Shown piece by piece: positions 51,595 to 62,989 of a stretch of 64,000 nt of DNA (positions are counted from its first letter, which is position 1; the number at the start of each line of letters is the position of its first letter). The DNA is from Callorhinchus milii (taxonomy: Eukaryota): NCBI RefSeq assembly GCF_018977255.1, contig NW_024704743.1:10666001-10730000 (forward strand), written 5' to 3'. The translations under genes were made by a program, and so were the position numbers. Below the pieces are notes generated by a model. It ran no database searches, was not told the DNA's origin, and saw nothing but the letters and a program-made list of their open reading frames with translations.

Positions 51595-51960
51595 GTGGGG
51601 GATGGGTCAGCCGGGTGACTGACACATGCGGAAACCTATCACTATGTTTAAGACTAACCAGTCCAGATGCAGAGTTCCATATACGTATGCCACCTACATA
51701 AGGAAATTTCCCTGCGTCTGGAATGGGATGCGCACTCTCTCCCTGGAGGGACGCACCCTGCTGACCTAATTCTGGATCATCTTTAGGCACAAACTGGTGA
51801 CAGCCAAGGCATGATAACCCCAATGCATTGGGGTACTACTGGAGTTTAACCAGCTATAACCGTAAAGCTTGTACAGCCTGACAAGCTTCCCTAGCTTATC
51901 CAGCTAGGACCACTTCACCAGTTAGGCCAATGGCTTCAGGGTTAACGAGTGAGAAGAATC
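51595..51960. repeat. Unclassified hairpin-rich dispersed repeat, copy B
   Basis: Homologous to 42423-42611; five consecutive stems. Confidence 0.75.
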
Positions 51961-52349
51961 ACTGCTCTTGGAGAACTAATTGAGAATAACTCAAGACTAT
52001 TCAGAACACCCAAACGCAATGCACAGCCAAACATAAGCTTAAGGATCCAAGGTCTTATCTGTTGTTATAAAACCGCACTTAGAGAGTCTGATAAGATGTT
52101 GTGTTCTGTGAGGTTTTTACATCACTCAATAAAATGTAAGTAGTTTCTTGGAAAATCTCCAGTTCAGTTGTGTATTGCAAAAGGACACGAGTTAAAAGAC
52201 TGTTTAACTGTAAAACTACTGGGGAACAATACCGCACTAATTGAAATTGTGAAATGCATACAGAATAATGCACAAGTTTACAATACCCGTTCTAATCCAC
52301 ATTAAGGTGAGCGATGTTCAAGTCAGGAAATAGAATACTTTCTCCTTTC

Positions 52350-52830
52350 TGGCACCCAGCTAGATATGACACCAGTCCTTGCTGGTGCTTATACTCCAAA
52401 AGTTGGAGTATAAGCGCCAGCCTCTATCGTTGCTAAACCCTTCTCCTTTACCTCTCTATTACCTTCTCCCTCATGTATTCATCAAGGTTTTTCTTAAATA
52501 CATTGATCCTAATTGCTTCACCTGTTTCCAGCAATGAGTTCCATATTCTCATTATCCCATAAGAACATAAGAATTTGCTAGGCGAAAGAAGACCATCCAG
52601 TTCGCATTCCACCATCCTGGCAGTCACATAAAATGTCCCAAAACTATATATTGTACCCTGAGATATTTCCTTACAGAAATTCCCTGCATTAAAACATTCC
52701 TCCAAAGTTCCCTATTAGATTCCCTGCTGGCTAGCATATATTTATTCCCTCTAGTTTTCGACTCACCAACAAGTGGAAACAACCTATCAATATCCACCTT
52801 ATTGAACCCTTTTATAATCCTAAATCCTTA
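52350..52830 (-). mobile_element. Old CR1 3' fragment with a nested TTCTTATG-tail CR1 end (52558-52635)
   Basis: Antisense MRIWNSL..INVFKKNLDEYMRE; cataagaacataagaa tail. Confidence 0.75.
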
Positions 52831-52942
52831 TCAGCATGAAGAACTGCCATTTTAGGCAGAGCATGATTGGAGACAGAACAAACCAATTCTTCCTCTGCTT
52901 TGCTCCAACAATGCCATAAGCTTTGTAGTCCACATGGTATCT

Positions 52943-53245
52943 ATGGAGTCCTGTAGCATAGTCCTTAGTGCGCTCTCTGGGTGGGACAAAATCTTAAGCA
53001 AGTTTCCTTACTCCACGTGCCTCTGTTTACCTAGGAGTGTGTAGGAACCCAGTTGTTAGTAGATTGGCGGATCGCTATATGGGGGGGAAGAATCCCTCCC
53101 CCTAAAAAAAATGTGGTCACTCCATCCACAACTGTTTGTGGGACACTACCCAGTCAATCCACTTTACAATATTTTCTGTGTAGCAATTTGAGACGTCTCA
53201 ATGACTTGATAAGGCGCTATGTCAAATGCAAGGATTATTATTATA
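52943..53245 (+). mobile_element. tRNA-Ala/CORE-like SINE with internal deletions
   Basis: tggagtcctgtagcatagt.., gcaagtttccttactccacgtgcctctgtttaccta, tail. Confidence 0.88.
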
Positions 53246-53654
53246 TTTTTCACCAGAATATAGCGAATTCAATGTGCTGACCTCCAAAAAATGAAAAATG
53301 GAATGACAAAAATTTAGGCTTAATGTGTTAAATTTTAACTAGTTTTGCTTAAGGAAATTTTTTTTAAAACTTGAATCATTGCCAAAGTAATTAAGCTAAA
53401 TAAACATTGATTTCAATCCAATTGACAAAATGTGACACACTGCAGCAAAAACTTGATAAACCGAAGGGTGTTGTTTTGTTCAAACAAGACCCACAAAAAT
53501 ATATATATTAACAAAATCATTGTGGTGTTGCCCTAACAACTAAAAATCACATTTAAAAGAATTGTGATAAACAAAATGGTATCAGGTGAGCTGAAAATGA
53601 GTATTCTACTTACATGGATAGGGATGTGCTGCATATTGATGCATTGCTCGCACA

Positions 53655-54015
53655 GTCTAGGCTGATATTCCATTGCAGTGTAACTAAGAGTGTGATGCAT
53701 TATTGGAGGTGCAGTCCTTCAGATGAGAGGTTTAAACCGAGGTCCTGACTGCCTTTTCAGTCAGGAAACAGATCCCATGACACTATTCAAAAGAGAAGGG
53801 AGTTTCTCCAGGTGTCCCAGCCAACAATCCCCAAATAAAATTGCTTCTTTATTTCATGGCTGTTTGAGGGACATTGCTTCATGCAAATTGGCTGCCCCAT
53901 TTGCTCAGAAAACACATAGTCACTACACATTACATTATATCTTGCAAAGCGTTTTGAGATGTCCTCCCAATGTGAAAAGTACTGTACCAAATACAAGTAT
54001 TAACATTATTTTTAT
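53655..54015 (+). mobile_element. DeuSINE
   Basis: Deu domain gatgagaggtttaaaccgaggtcctgac...gatcccatgacactattc. Confidence 0.9.
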
Positions 54016-54341
54016 TATCATTGAGTGTTCCTAGTATAACACAAGGCAAGCTTGAAAACTACTGCAAATTTTGTCTCTTTAAAATAATGATAATAATAAT
54101 CCTTGTATTTGATATGCCGTGGTATCATAGTCTCAATGTGCTTCACAGGGAATTTCTGTAAATTGTAGTGACTTGGCAGCTAATCTGCAATGAATGAATG
54201 ATTACATTTTTACCTAGAGGATTGTTGGACAGGTCACTAGGAGAAACTCCCTTCTCTTTTCAAATTAGTGTCACGGAATGTTTAACATCCTGAGCAGTTT
54301 AACCTGAATGAGCAGTTGGGAGTTTAATCTTTTAAACTCTT

Positions 54342-54526
54342 TTTCCTTGAACATATTCAAGACTGAGATAGATAGATTTCTTATTGCAAAAGGGATTAAG
54401 GGATATGGGGATAAGGCAGGGTTAGGTTATTAGCTGGAGTTAGATTAGATGATTAGCCATGATTGAATGGTGGGGCAGGCTCGAAAGGCCGAATGGCCTA
54501 CTCCTGCTCCTACATGTTGTGTTATG
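54342..54526 (+). mobile_element. CR1 3' end with probable 10-bp TSD ttaaactctt
   Basis: FKTEIDRFLIAKGIKGYG; ggccgaatggcctactcctgctcc; ttaaactctt at 54332-54341 and 54527-54536. Confidence 0.85.
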
Positions 54527-54644
54527 TTAAACTCTTGATCTTTTTTAAAAAAAGTTAAACTATTTTTCCATCCTTTGAATGAGACGCTAAACCGAGGTAA
54601 TACCTATCTGCACAGGTGGACGTTAAAGATCCATGGCACTATTC

Positions 54645-54963
54645 GTGGAGTCCTGTAGCTGAGTGGTTAGAGCACTCGCTTTGGAAGTGAGAGACCTGAG
54701 TTCAATTCCAGGCAGGGAGAAACCTTGGGCAAGTTTCCTTACTCCACACGCCTAATAATAATCCCTCCAAAACCGAAAACAATAATAAATTGGTCATTTT
54801 CAATCTACGACTGTTTGTGGGACATTGCTGTGCGCAATTGGCTGCCGCGTTCGCCCACAAATATACAATCAATTCACTTTACAGTGTGTTCTGTGAAGCG
54901 CTTTGGGACATCCTCCCGACGTGAAAAGCACTATATTAAATGCAAGGATTATTATTATTATTA
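54645..54963 (+). mobile_element. Young short-subfamily tRNA-Ala SINE inserted in a DeuSINE, TSD tattcg
   Basis: Near-identical to 24594-24915; tattcg at 54640-54645 and 54964-54969. Confidence 0.95.
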
Positions 54964-55059
54964 TATTCGAAGGAGAAGGCCAAATTAAATTAGTCATTCA
55001 CTTCATGGCTGCTTGCAGCACATTTTTTCAAACAGTCATGAAGTGAATGACCAATTGAA

Positions 55060-55210
55060 TCATTTCCCCCCTCCTCGCTCCCTCCCTTCCCTCCCCTCAC
55101 CATTTCCCCCCTGCTCGGGTCATGACCCAACTGTGCAGCGCCTTGGGACGTCCTCCTGACGTGAAAGGCGCTTTATAAATGGAATCTTGTTGTTGTTGTT
55201 GTTGTTGTTG
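55060..55210 (+). mobile_element. Young L2 3' end with ~8 TTG tail units
   Basis: Near-identical to 22707-22890 in the opposite orientation. Confidence 0.93.
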
Positions 55211-55842
55211 CCTCTTTGACCGAGAAGACTTTTAGCACAAAGTCACAATGTGGGGCTTAAACACACAACCTTTTGACTCAGAGGCGAGAGTGCAATCAGC
55301 TGAGCCTGGCTGCCACCGCTGTCTGAGTGAGAAGCCCACACAGATGCAAGGAATGCTGTTTGGATATTGGGTTGGGGAAGACATTGCTGGAGCAGAGGCA
55401 GCTTTATTCTGCATCTGGCTAAGCTGCAAATTACTTGATGCAAATCCTTGGTACACAAAACTGGATGAGAATTGTATTCCCCAGCTCTGATAATTGTATA
55501 ATGATAAATTTATAATTATATAATGACATCATATTAAATGACATTAATGACATTAAACCAAATAAATAAATGATAATAATTTTGTCACTCAATCCACCAC
55601 TGTTTGTGGAACACTGCTGTGTTCAATTGGCTGCTGCGTTTTGCCCACTGGCATAGCCAGAAGTATCACACAACATGAAACAACAACAACAACTTTCATA
55701 CGCTAGATAAATGTAATTTATCTTATTTTGAGATTCACTGCCTACAGGACTGCTAGTCTTGAAAATGTTCCCTCGATCTGATGCTTGAGTATGTTCCTAC
55801 AGGAGTTGTGCTGTCGGACTTGCCAACTTGCTTCGTAATATT

Positions 55843-56213
55843 TAATAATAATCCTTGCATTTGACATTGCGCCTTATCAGGTCTTCAAGATGTTTCAAAG
55901 TGCTTCACAGAATATACTGTAAAGTGAATTGACTGTATATTTTGTGGGCGAAACACATTAGCCAATTGCACATAGCAGTCTCTTAAAAACAGTTGTGGAT
56001 TGAGCGACCAAATTATTATTACTTTTTTGAAGGGCTTATTATCCCCGAAAAATGATCTGCCAATCGACTAACAAATTGGTTCCTACTTACTGCTAGGTAA
56101 ACAGAGGGGTGCAGAGTAAGGAAACTTCCCTAAAGTTTTGCACAGCCTGGGAATTGAACCCATGTTCTCTCGCTTGCAAGGCGAGTGCTCTAACCAATAC
56201 GCTACAGGATTCC
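55843..56213 (-). mobile_element. tRNA-Ala/CORE-like SINE, full length
   Basis: Antisense head gggaattgaacccatgttctctcgcttgcaaggcgagtgctctaacca, CORE-like box, tail. Confidence 0.92.
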
Positions 56214-56789
56214 TGCTTTGAAGGACAGTCACTCAGATGACCTTCCTGTCTTTGCTCACTCAGTTTGAGCAGCATCAGTTGGCAATCAGCAAGAGCACCA
56301 ACACTTTTTCAGACTCAACCTGAACTTTGATCGTGTTTTGACGTCACACATTCATTGGGAGTTTTCTCCTGAAGTGTGTAATGCTTGCATAATCAGGCAA
56401 GCAGAACACAGCAGGTGACCTCATCAAAGCAGGGGATCATCTAAATAAAGCCTTGCAGCCCATTTCAGGTTAGTTTCGCCCAAGGTCATTCTGAAGCGAA
56501 ATGTCATTTTCAGTCTTTGGTTGCTGAGCATGAGAGAAGGAGGAGGGCAAGGGTGACTATAGGTGCAGTTGGAGGGGTAAATCTTATGGTGGGATTTGAA
56601 GATAGATGAGAAAGGTGGATTTGAGGAAGAGAATCCTAGAGGTTAGGGTGTAGCGGCTGATGGCACAGCCACCTATGGTGGAGCAGAGGGTTTGGGATGA
56701 ATGGTAGGCTTATGTTAGCTGAGTGAAGGAGCAGGCAGAAAAATGGAGCACTTAGGGCTAAGGCACTTAATAATTAGTCTACACAAAAA

Positions 56790-57130
56790 AGTTTCACACA
56801 AAAGGGTTTGAGATTTGGAATATGCAGCTCAGAAGGCCATTGCCAAAACATTAACCGAGGTAACTAAATGAATACTTAAACAAAGAGTAAACTACAGGGT
56901 ATGAGGAAAGCACAGGTAAATGGGACAGAAAGAATTGCTCGTAAAAGAGCCAGCACAAATATGTTAGGTCAAATAATCCTCTGTGTTGTAAATTACTATG
57001 GTTGTATAGATGTTTAAAGGGGAGCTTGAGGTGTTTGAAAAGTAAGGGTATGACAGGAAAAATGAACAAAAAGATTCATGCCATAAAATGGTGTCATAGT
57101 CGCAGTGGGCCTAATGGTCTAATCCTGTTC
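56790..57130 (+). mobile_element. Old CR1 3' ends
   Basis: gtttcacacaaaagggtttgagatttggaa; aagagccagcacaaatatgttaggtcaaataatcctctgtgttgta. Confidence 0.6.
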
Positions 57131-58194
57131 ATATGGAGCTTCATAACAAAGCCAATTACACAGGGATAATGTCACAATCCTGTGAAGCATTTTGAGATGT
57201 CTTAACAATGAGATAACAACAACAACTTGCATTTATGTAGCACCCCTCATGCAGGGTAGAATCCCAGAGTGCTTGGGTTAAGGTGCTATGTCAAATGTAA
57301 GTATATATTTTTTCTCCTAATGCTTTGTATTTGCAGTCTGATGGTGTAATAATGCTTGGAGACCATTTTCAGGCCCCTAACTCAGGAAATTTATATGGAA
57401 ATCACATCTGGAGCAATTTGGCTGCTGCACCAGATTATTAATAAACGAGAGACCCTTGGCCTTTGACATCAGGTTATTCTCTGAGGCTGAATCCATACCA
57501 TTTGCTCCAAAAACAATTTTACAAATGTGTGGGTTTAAATATATCTCATGATAGGACAACTATTTACACTGTAGTGCCACATCTGATAAAAAGCTGCACT
57601 GCCTAATCTCTGAGCCTACATTCAGTTAAGATCCAGGCAGCTCGCGACGTTTCAGACATCACATTAAGTGGGCTTTTGCCAAGTACAGTTTGTATTTTAC
57701 TGCACTCCTTCAGAACACTCTCTACCCCAGGGAGACCTGATTGACCTTAGGCAAATTCCTGATATGTTTTCTCAGCATATAATAATACTTAACCGGCAAA
57801 TCCTTGTCATTGACTGAGCGGGAAATTCTTATTCAGTGGGCAAATCCTGCAGATACAAACAGCAAAATATTGCAAAACCTCCTACAAGTTTGGGCGTGCC
57901 TGTCTGAATGAAGGAAACATCATGAAGGTTATGCTAGAGAGGATTAGGCTTTGCTGAAAACTTCCTGCGAAGTATGTGTACAACAGGACTCATTTTGTTT
58001 AAGAGCATGGGTGGACTTGAAATTCCTGAGGAGAGAAGCCAGAGTTGAAGGGTCATGATCTTCCATGGTCCACTGTTCAGCAAAGCTTCACTGGAACTCA
58101 ATGCAAAATGTTAAGCCTTTATCTTATTAAATTGTAATAAATGATAATATTCCATATTTAATGTGAAGAAAGAGAAAATTTCTACCACACATCC

Positions 58195-58822
58195 ATTCCC
58201 TGACCAGGACTGCTTTTTTGCACCTCCATTGCATTGCCCGCCTCCTTCGTACCTCACAACTGACACAGCTGAAACCTTTGTCAATGCCTTCGTCACTTCC
58301 CAACTGGATTATTCCAGTTAATGCCCTCTTCGCAGGACTCCCCAGCTCCACCATACACAAAGTCCAGTTAATTCAAAACTCCGCGGCCTGGATACTCACC
58401 CACACGAAACTCCATACCCTCATCACACCAGTCCTAGGCAGGCTCCACTGGATCAGTTTCAAGATCCTCTCACTTGTTTTTAAATCTTCCTCGCACCTCC
58501 CTACCTATCCGACCTGCTTACCCACCACGCCACCACTTGCTGCCTCTGCTGGGCTAGTTCCGGCCTTCTATTTGTCCCTTGTGCCCTTCATTCCACTATT
58601 GGTGGCTGTGCCTTCAGCCACTATGCCCCCAAACTCCCCCAATCCCTTCATCTTGCCCTTTCCCACCCCATTTTCAAATCCCACCTAAAGACCTTCCTTT
58701 TTGATCATGCTTATGGTCGCATGCCACCTCTGTCTACCCCTGGCTCGTTGTCAGACTCCGCCACCGTGAAACGTTCCGGGATTCTACCCCCGCATGAAGG
58801 GTGTTATAAATGCAAGTTGATG
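58195..58822 (+). mobile_element. L2 LINE 3' portion
   Basis: AETFVNAFVTSQLDY, QLIQNSAAWILTHTK..ITPVLGRLHW, FKSHLKTFLFDHAY. Confidence 0.92.
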
Positions 58823-58899
58823 CTGAGAATGCCTCAAAATGTTTCACATGAACGGTATATAGACTCAAACTTGGTGGGATGAAGGGAGAGGGTAGAAGG

Positions 58900-59170
58900 G
58901 AGATGAATGAAGGCCCCAAAACTGGTTTCTAAAAAGGGTTTTGAAAACGAGGAGTGAGGAAGTGAACTGGATGGAATTTTGGAGAGAACTCCAGAGCATG
59001 CAGGCGTTGAGGATGAAAGCTTATCTGCCAATGTGACGGAAGAGGGAGAGAGTTGGACAGCAGGCCTGAGTTTGCAGACTGAAGGTAGTAGTCAGAATGG
59101 GGGGATACTGCAGAGGTAAAGAATGACAAGGATGGATTTTAGGGCCAGAAGAAGGAACTTGAACTCCATC
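58900..59170 (-). mobile_element. Old L2 3' fragment
   Basis: Antisense LQSANSGLL.., LWSSLQN..SFSKPFLET. Confidence 0.65.
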
Positions 59171-59429
59171 TGTTAAGGTACCTCCCGAAATAACAGCACA
59201 TATCCTCCTCCTCCACTGCTACACACTGAAAGCTCCATATACAGGGGAAAATATTCAAGTGTAAGTCTTATGGAAGAATTTGGCCAGCATTCCATTGGAA
59301 ACATATTCTCATGCATAATGGGATTATAATTTGTTTTAATCTCTGGAGAGGATAGTGCATAGAGTTTGTCAATACTGAAAAATAACTTCACTGTCTGGAA
59401 TGCCCTATCTCTTCCCTCCACCCCCATGC

Positions 59430-59700
59430 AAAATAATAATAACAATAATAGTTTGGTCACTCAGTCCACCACTGTTTGTGGGACACTGCTGTGTGCCATT
59501 GACTGCTGTGTTTTACCCACAAAATACACAGTCAATTCACTTTACAGTGTGTTCTGTGAAGCGCTTTGGGACGTCCTCCCGACGTGAAAAGCGCTATATC
59601 AAATGCAAGGATTATTATTATTACAGTATATTCTGTGGAGCACTTTGAGTCGTCTCGATAATGTGATAAGGCGCTATATCAAATGCAAGGATTCTTCTTA
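59430..59700 (+). mobile_element. SINE 3' half with a second tail in tandem
   Basis: Two consecutive ...gcgctatatcaaatgcaaggatt ends with different internal loops. Confidence 0.9.
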
Positions 59701-59979
59701 CTGTATGTTATCAGGTCAAAATACTGAGATGTCAATCAAGGTATGTGAGGAATGGGAGTAGAATTAATGGAGAAGGGAAGATCTGTTGTTGTAGCCTTAA
59801 CAAACAAAGAGGCAAGTTTAATCATCCAAATAGCCTACTCCTGTTCCTTTAACAGACTTGCATTCTGGATAAGAAGTTGTTGTTGTTGCTCAAAACCATT
59901 TGAATAGCAAAATAAATGGCCTGACAAGGAAGCACCTGGTGATGGCAGGTTGCCTGGTAATAAAGAAGCAACAAAGTGG

Positions 59980-60390
59980 CTGTGCATTTGTAAGTGAAAG
60001 CAGCAGACATTTTATATACAGCAATGCCCCACAAACAGCTGAGATTTGAGTGACCAAATTTTATTATGTGGCATTGTTGGTCAGGACACTGGGAGAAACT
60101 ACCTTCTCTTTTCAAATAGTACCAATGGGATTGTTAACATCCACCTGAAGAGGCAGACAAGACCTCGGCCTAACATTTCATCTGAAGGATAGCATCTCTG
60201 ACAGCAGCTCCCTCCAGCACTGCACTGGTGTATCAGCCTAGACTATGAATTCAAAGGCCCCTCATGGGGCTTATACTCATAACCGTTCTGATTCAGAAGA
60301 TGCACAAAGAGACGAAGAGACTTTTGTATTCCTGTGGAAATTTGTTCAAAGACAGAAGGGAGTGTGCAACCAACTGAGCCAGGTTGACAC
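59980..60390 (-). mobile_element. DeuSINE, near full length
   Basis: Antisense Deu domain and head (gagtgtgcaaccaactgagccaggttgacac). Confidence 0.88.
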
Positions 60391-60849
60391 ACATCACTGA
60401 TGTGGTATACATTGATTCAAATTGCATCACTGTTAATGTTTATTGACTGAAGCGGATAAACATCTTTTTCTATTAAATATAAATGAAATAACTCCTCTGA
60501 ATTCTCCACGTATATGATTTATTAAATAGCCGTCCAGTGAAATTAAAGTCAAATTGTGTCTGTGGCTGGCGAAAAGGTTTATTCTATTGCTGCTTGCATA
60601 GCGCTGCTTGATTTTTCTTAGTTCTGTGGTCAGTGTCTCTGAATATTTGCTGATTTGTCCTCTTAGACTAACTGCAATGTGTTGGTGTCACAAGCTGTAG
60701 GAAAACTTGTTTCACACTTGTGATTCCCAAAGCAAGATTGCAATTTAAAGGGGCTGTCAAACCCTAGAGGCAGTACAGAGGAGAGCAACAGGGATAAACC
60801 TCATTATTAGAGGAATGAGTAACTGCTGTATAAGAAAAGTTACAGCTCA

Positions 60850-61275
60850 GAGGGGACCTTATAATGGTATACAAGATTTCACGCACTTCTACTTAAATTC
60901 TTTATCGGATGCTTAGAATTCTCAGTTTGGTTTGGATACTCGTAAGCAGGGTGATAGGTTTCTACATGTGTGAGGCACTCGTCTGACCAACACAAAAGCG
61001 AGATTGAGACAGTGAACTCAGAGCACTGCAAAGGGGTAATGTCAGGACAAACTCCAGAACGTATTTCTTTACCCAGAGGGTAAATTACAACTTGCCTGGA
61101 TCACCAGGAGGGAGTGTAAAAGCCAGAATGCTGGACTCATTTAAGAAACAGCTTGCTGTTATATAGGGAGGATAATACGATGGGTAATCTAGAATGATGA
61201 GATCAAGGGGGCTGAAAGGGCCAACTTCATCCGAACTACACTTGTGATCTCTTGTGTGATCTCTTGTGTGATCTT
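60850..61275 (+). mobile_element. Old CR1 3' end (TTGTGATC-type tail)
   Basis: LRGDLIMVYKI; tttctttacccagaggg; tail ttgtgatctcttgtgtgatctcttgtgtgatcttg. Confidence 0.75.
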
Positions 61276-62294
61276 GAGATACCTGACTGGGTAGATTAAG
61301 AAACGGACTTGTGGATCAAAAGCAAACTTTCAGTTTCTCTACCTGAATCTTGTGGGCCCTATAGCAGAAATGAAACCCCCAAATCAGTGCAATGGATGTG
61401 TTATGTTATTTATTTGACTAACACCATCAATCAACAAGAATTTGGCCATCTCAAATCAATATTGTCAAAAGAGAACAAAATTGTCCATAATCCAGATCTC
61501 CAGCGCAGATGCACAAGCTAAGAGGAAGTGATCTTTGATTTCCACTGGAAATTTGTTTAAAGAACATTAAACCGACTCCAGATTTTTCTGGCATTGTAAA
61601 CCCTTTTATTTTCGATTGTTATACATACTGGCAGATGCGTTTCTGTGGGGAAATACCAGATTTATAGACATAAATGATGTAATATCCTTGGTTTCCTTGA
61701 TGAAGTCAGGCACACATTTGGAATCAATGAGATTATAGAGCAATGTAACCAATGGAATATATACTATTCTGCTGGGGAAACTATTATAAATATTGAGGCC
61801 TAAAATTCCATCTAGTCTTAGACTGTAAAAAATAATATTCCTTGGATGTGATATCGCGCCTTTCACATCAGGAGGATGTTGAAAGCAGTTCACAGAATAT
61901 AGTGATACTGGCGCAAAGCGAAGTTATTGTGTATTTTGCGGGCAAACAATTATTTTGAAATTATTGTCAGAATATTTTGTGTCAGCCTGTAAAACTAACC
62001 AAATAAAATTTTAAATCTTAATCACGACTGTTTTTGGAACACTGCTGTGCATAATTGGCTGCTGCCCACAAAATATATGCAGCGCTTCCCACCACTGCAT
62101 TGAAGTATCATCATAAATTTCGGATAGAACTACATTGCAGCGCTTTCCTTCAGTGAAAATTAGCTTAAAATAAGGTTTCTGTCTGGACCTACTCCATTCA
62201 CTGTGCAGGCGCAGTAAAACCCACTGTGGGATGGGAATTTATGAATCCCAACTCCGCATAAGGCCAAATTAAAGTTGGTTTAACTTTGGAAAGA

Positions 62295-62680
62295 AAAGTT
62301 AAACCGAAGCCTCATCTGCCTGTTCAGGTGGATGTTAAAGATCACACTGCACTATTGAAAAAGAGAAGGGAGGCTCTCCTGGTGTCCTGGCCAACAACCC
62401 CCCATTAATATTGGTCACTCACTTCATGGCTGTTTGTGGGACATTCCTGCGCACAAATTGGCTGCCACAGTCACCTACAAAACACACAGACGCTCCACTT
62501 TCAGTATATCTTGTGAAGCACTTTGGGAAGTTATCCCGATATGAAGGGTGCTAAAGCAAATGTGAGTATTATTATTAAAGGATTAAAATACACACTTAGA
62601 ATATATTCTGTGAAGCACTTTGAGAAATCCCAACATTGTGATAAGGCGCTATATCAAATGCAAGGATTATTATTATTAAT
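62295..62680 (+). mobile_element. DeuSINE (Deu domain plus tail) followed by an extra tail
   Basis: gttaaaccgaagcctcatctgcctgttcaggtggatgttaaagatc...ggtgtcctggccaacaa. Confidence 0.9.
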
Positions 62681-62989
62681 ATATAATGCAAAGTGTAAAG
62701 GTCTGTGTCTGCATATTAGGATCTAATTTGTGTTTGTGTTCTAAAAGGGATTACTTAGACACACGCTGCTCTGAAGTAATCTCATTTGGGATCAACCATA
62801 TTGATATAATACCATTGGTCCATTTGTGGTTTGTGGCTGTACTGAATTCAACTTTCAATGTTTGCAAACACTTGAAAGCATTTACTTTGTGTCAGGCTAC
62901 CTGTGAGTATGAATATTGATTCATCATAACATTATTTCCTTTGCATCAAAATTTTCCTGTAAAAGTATAAAGAGCTGCCACAATATATT

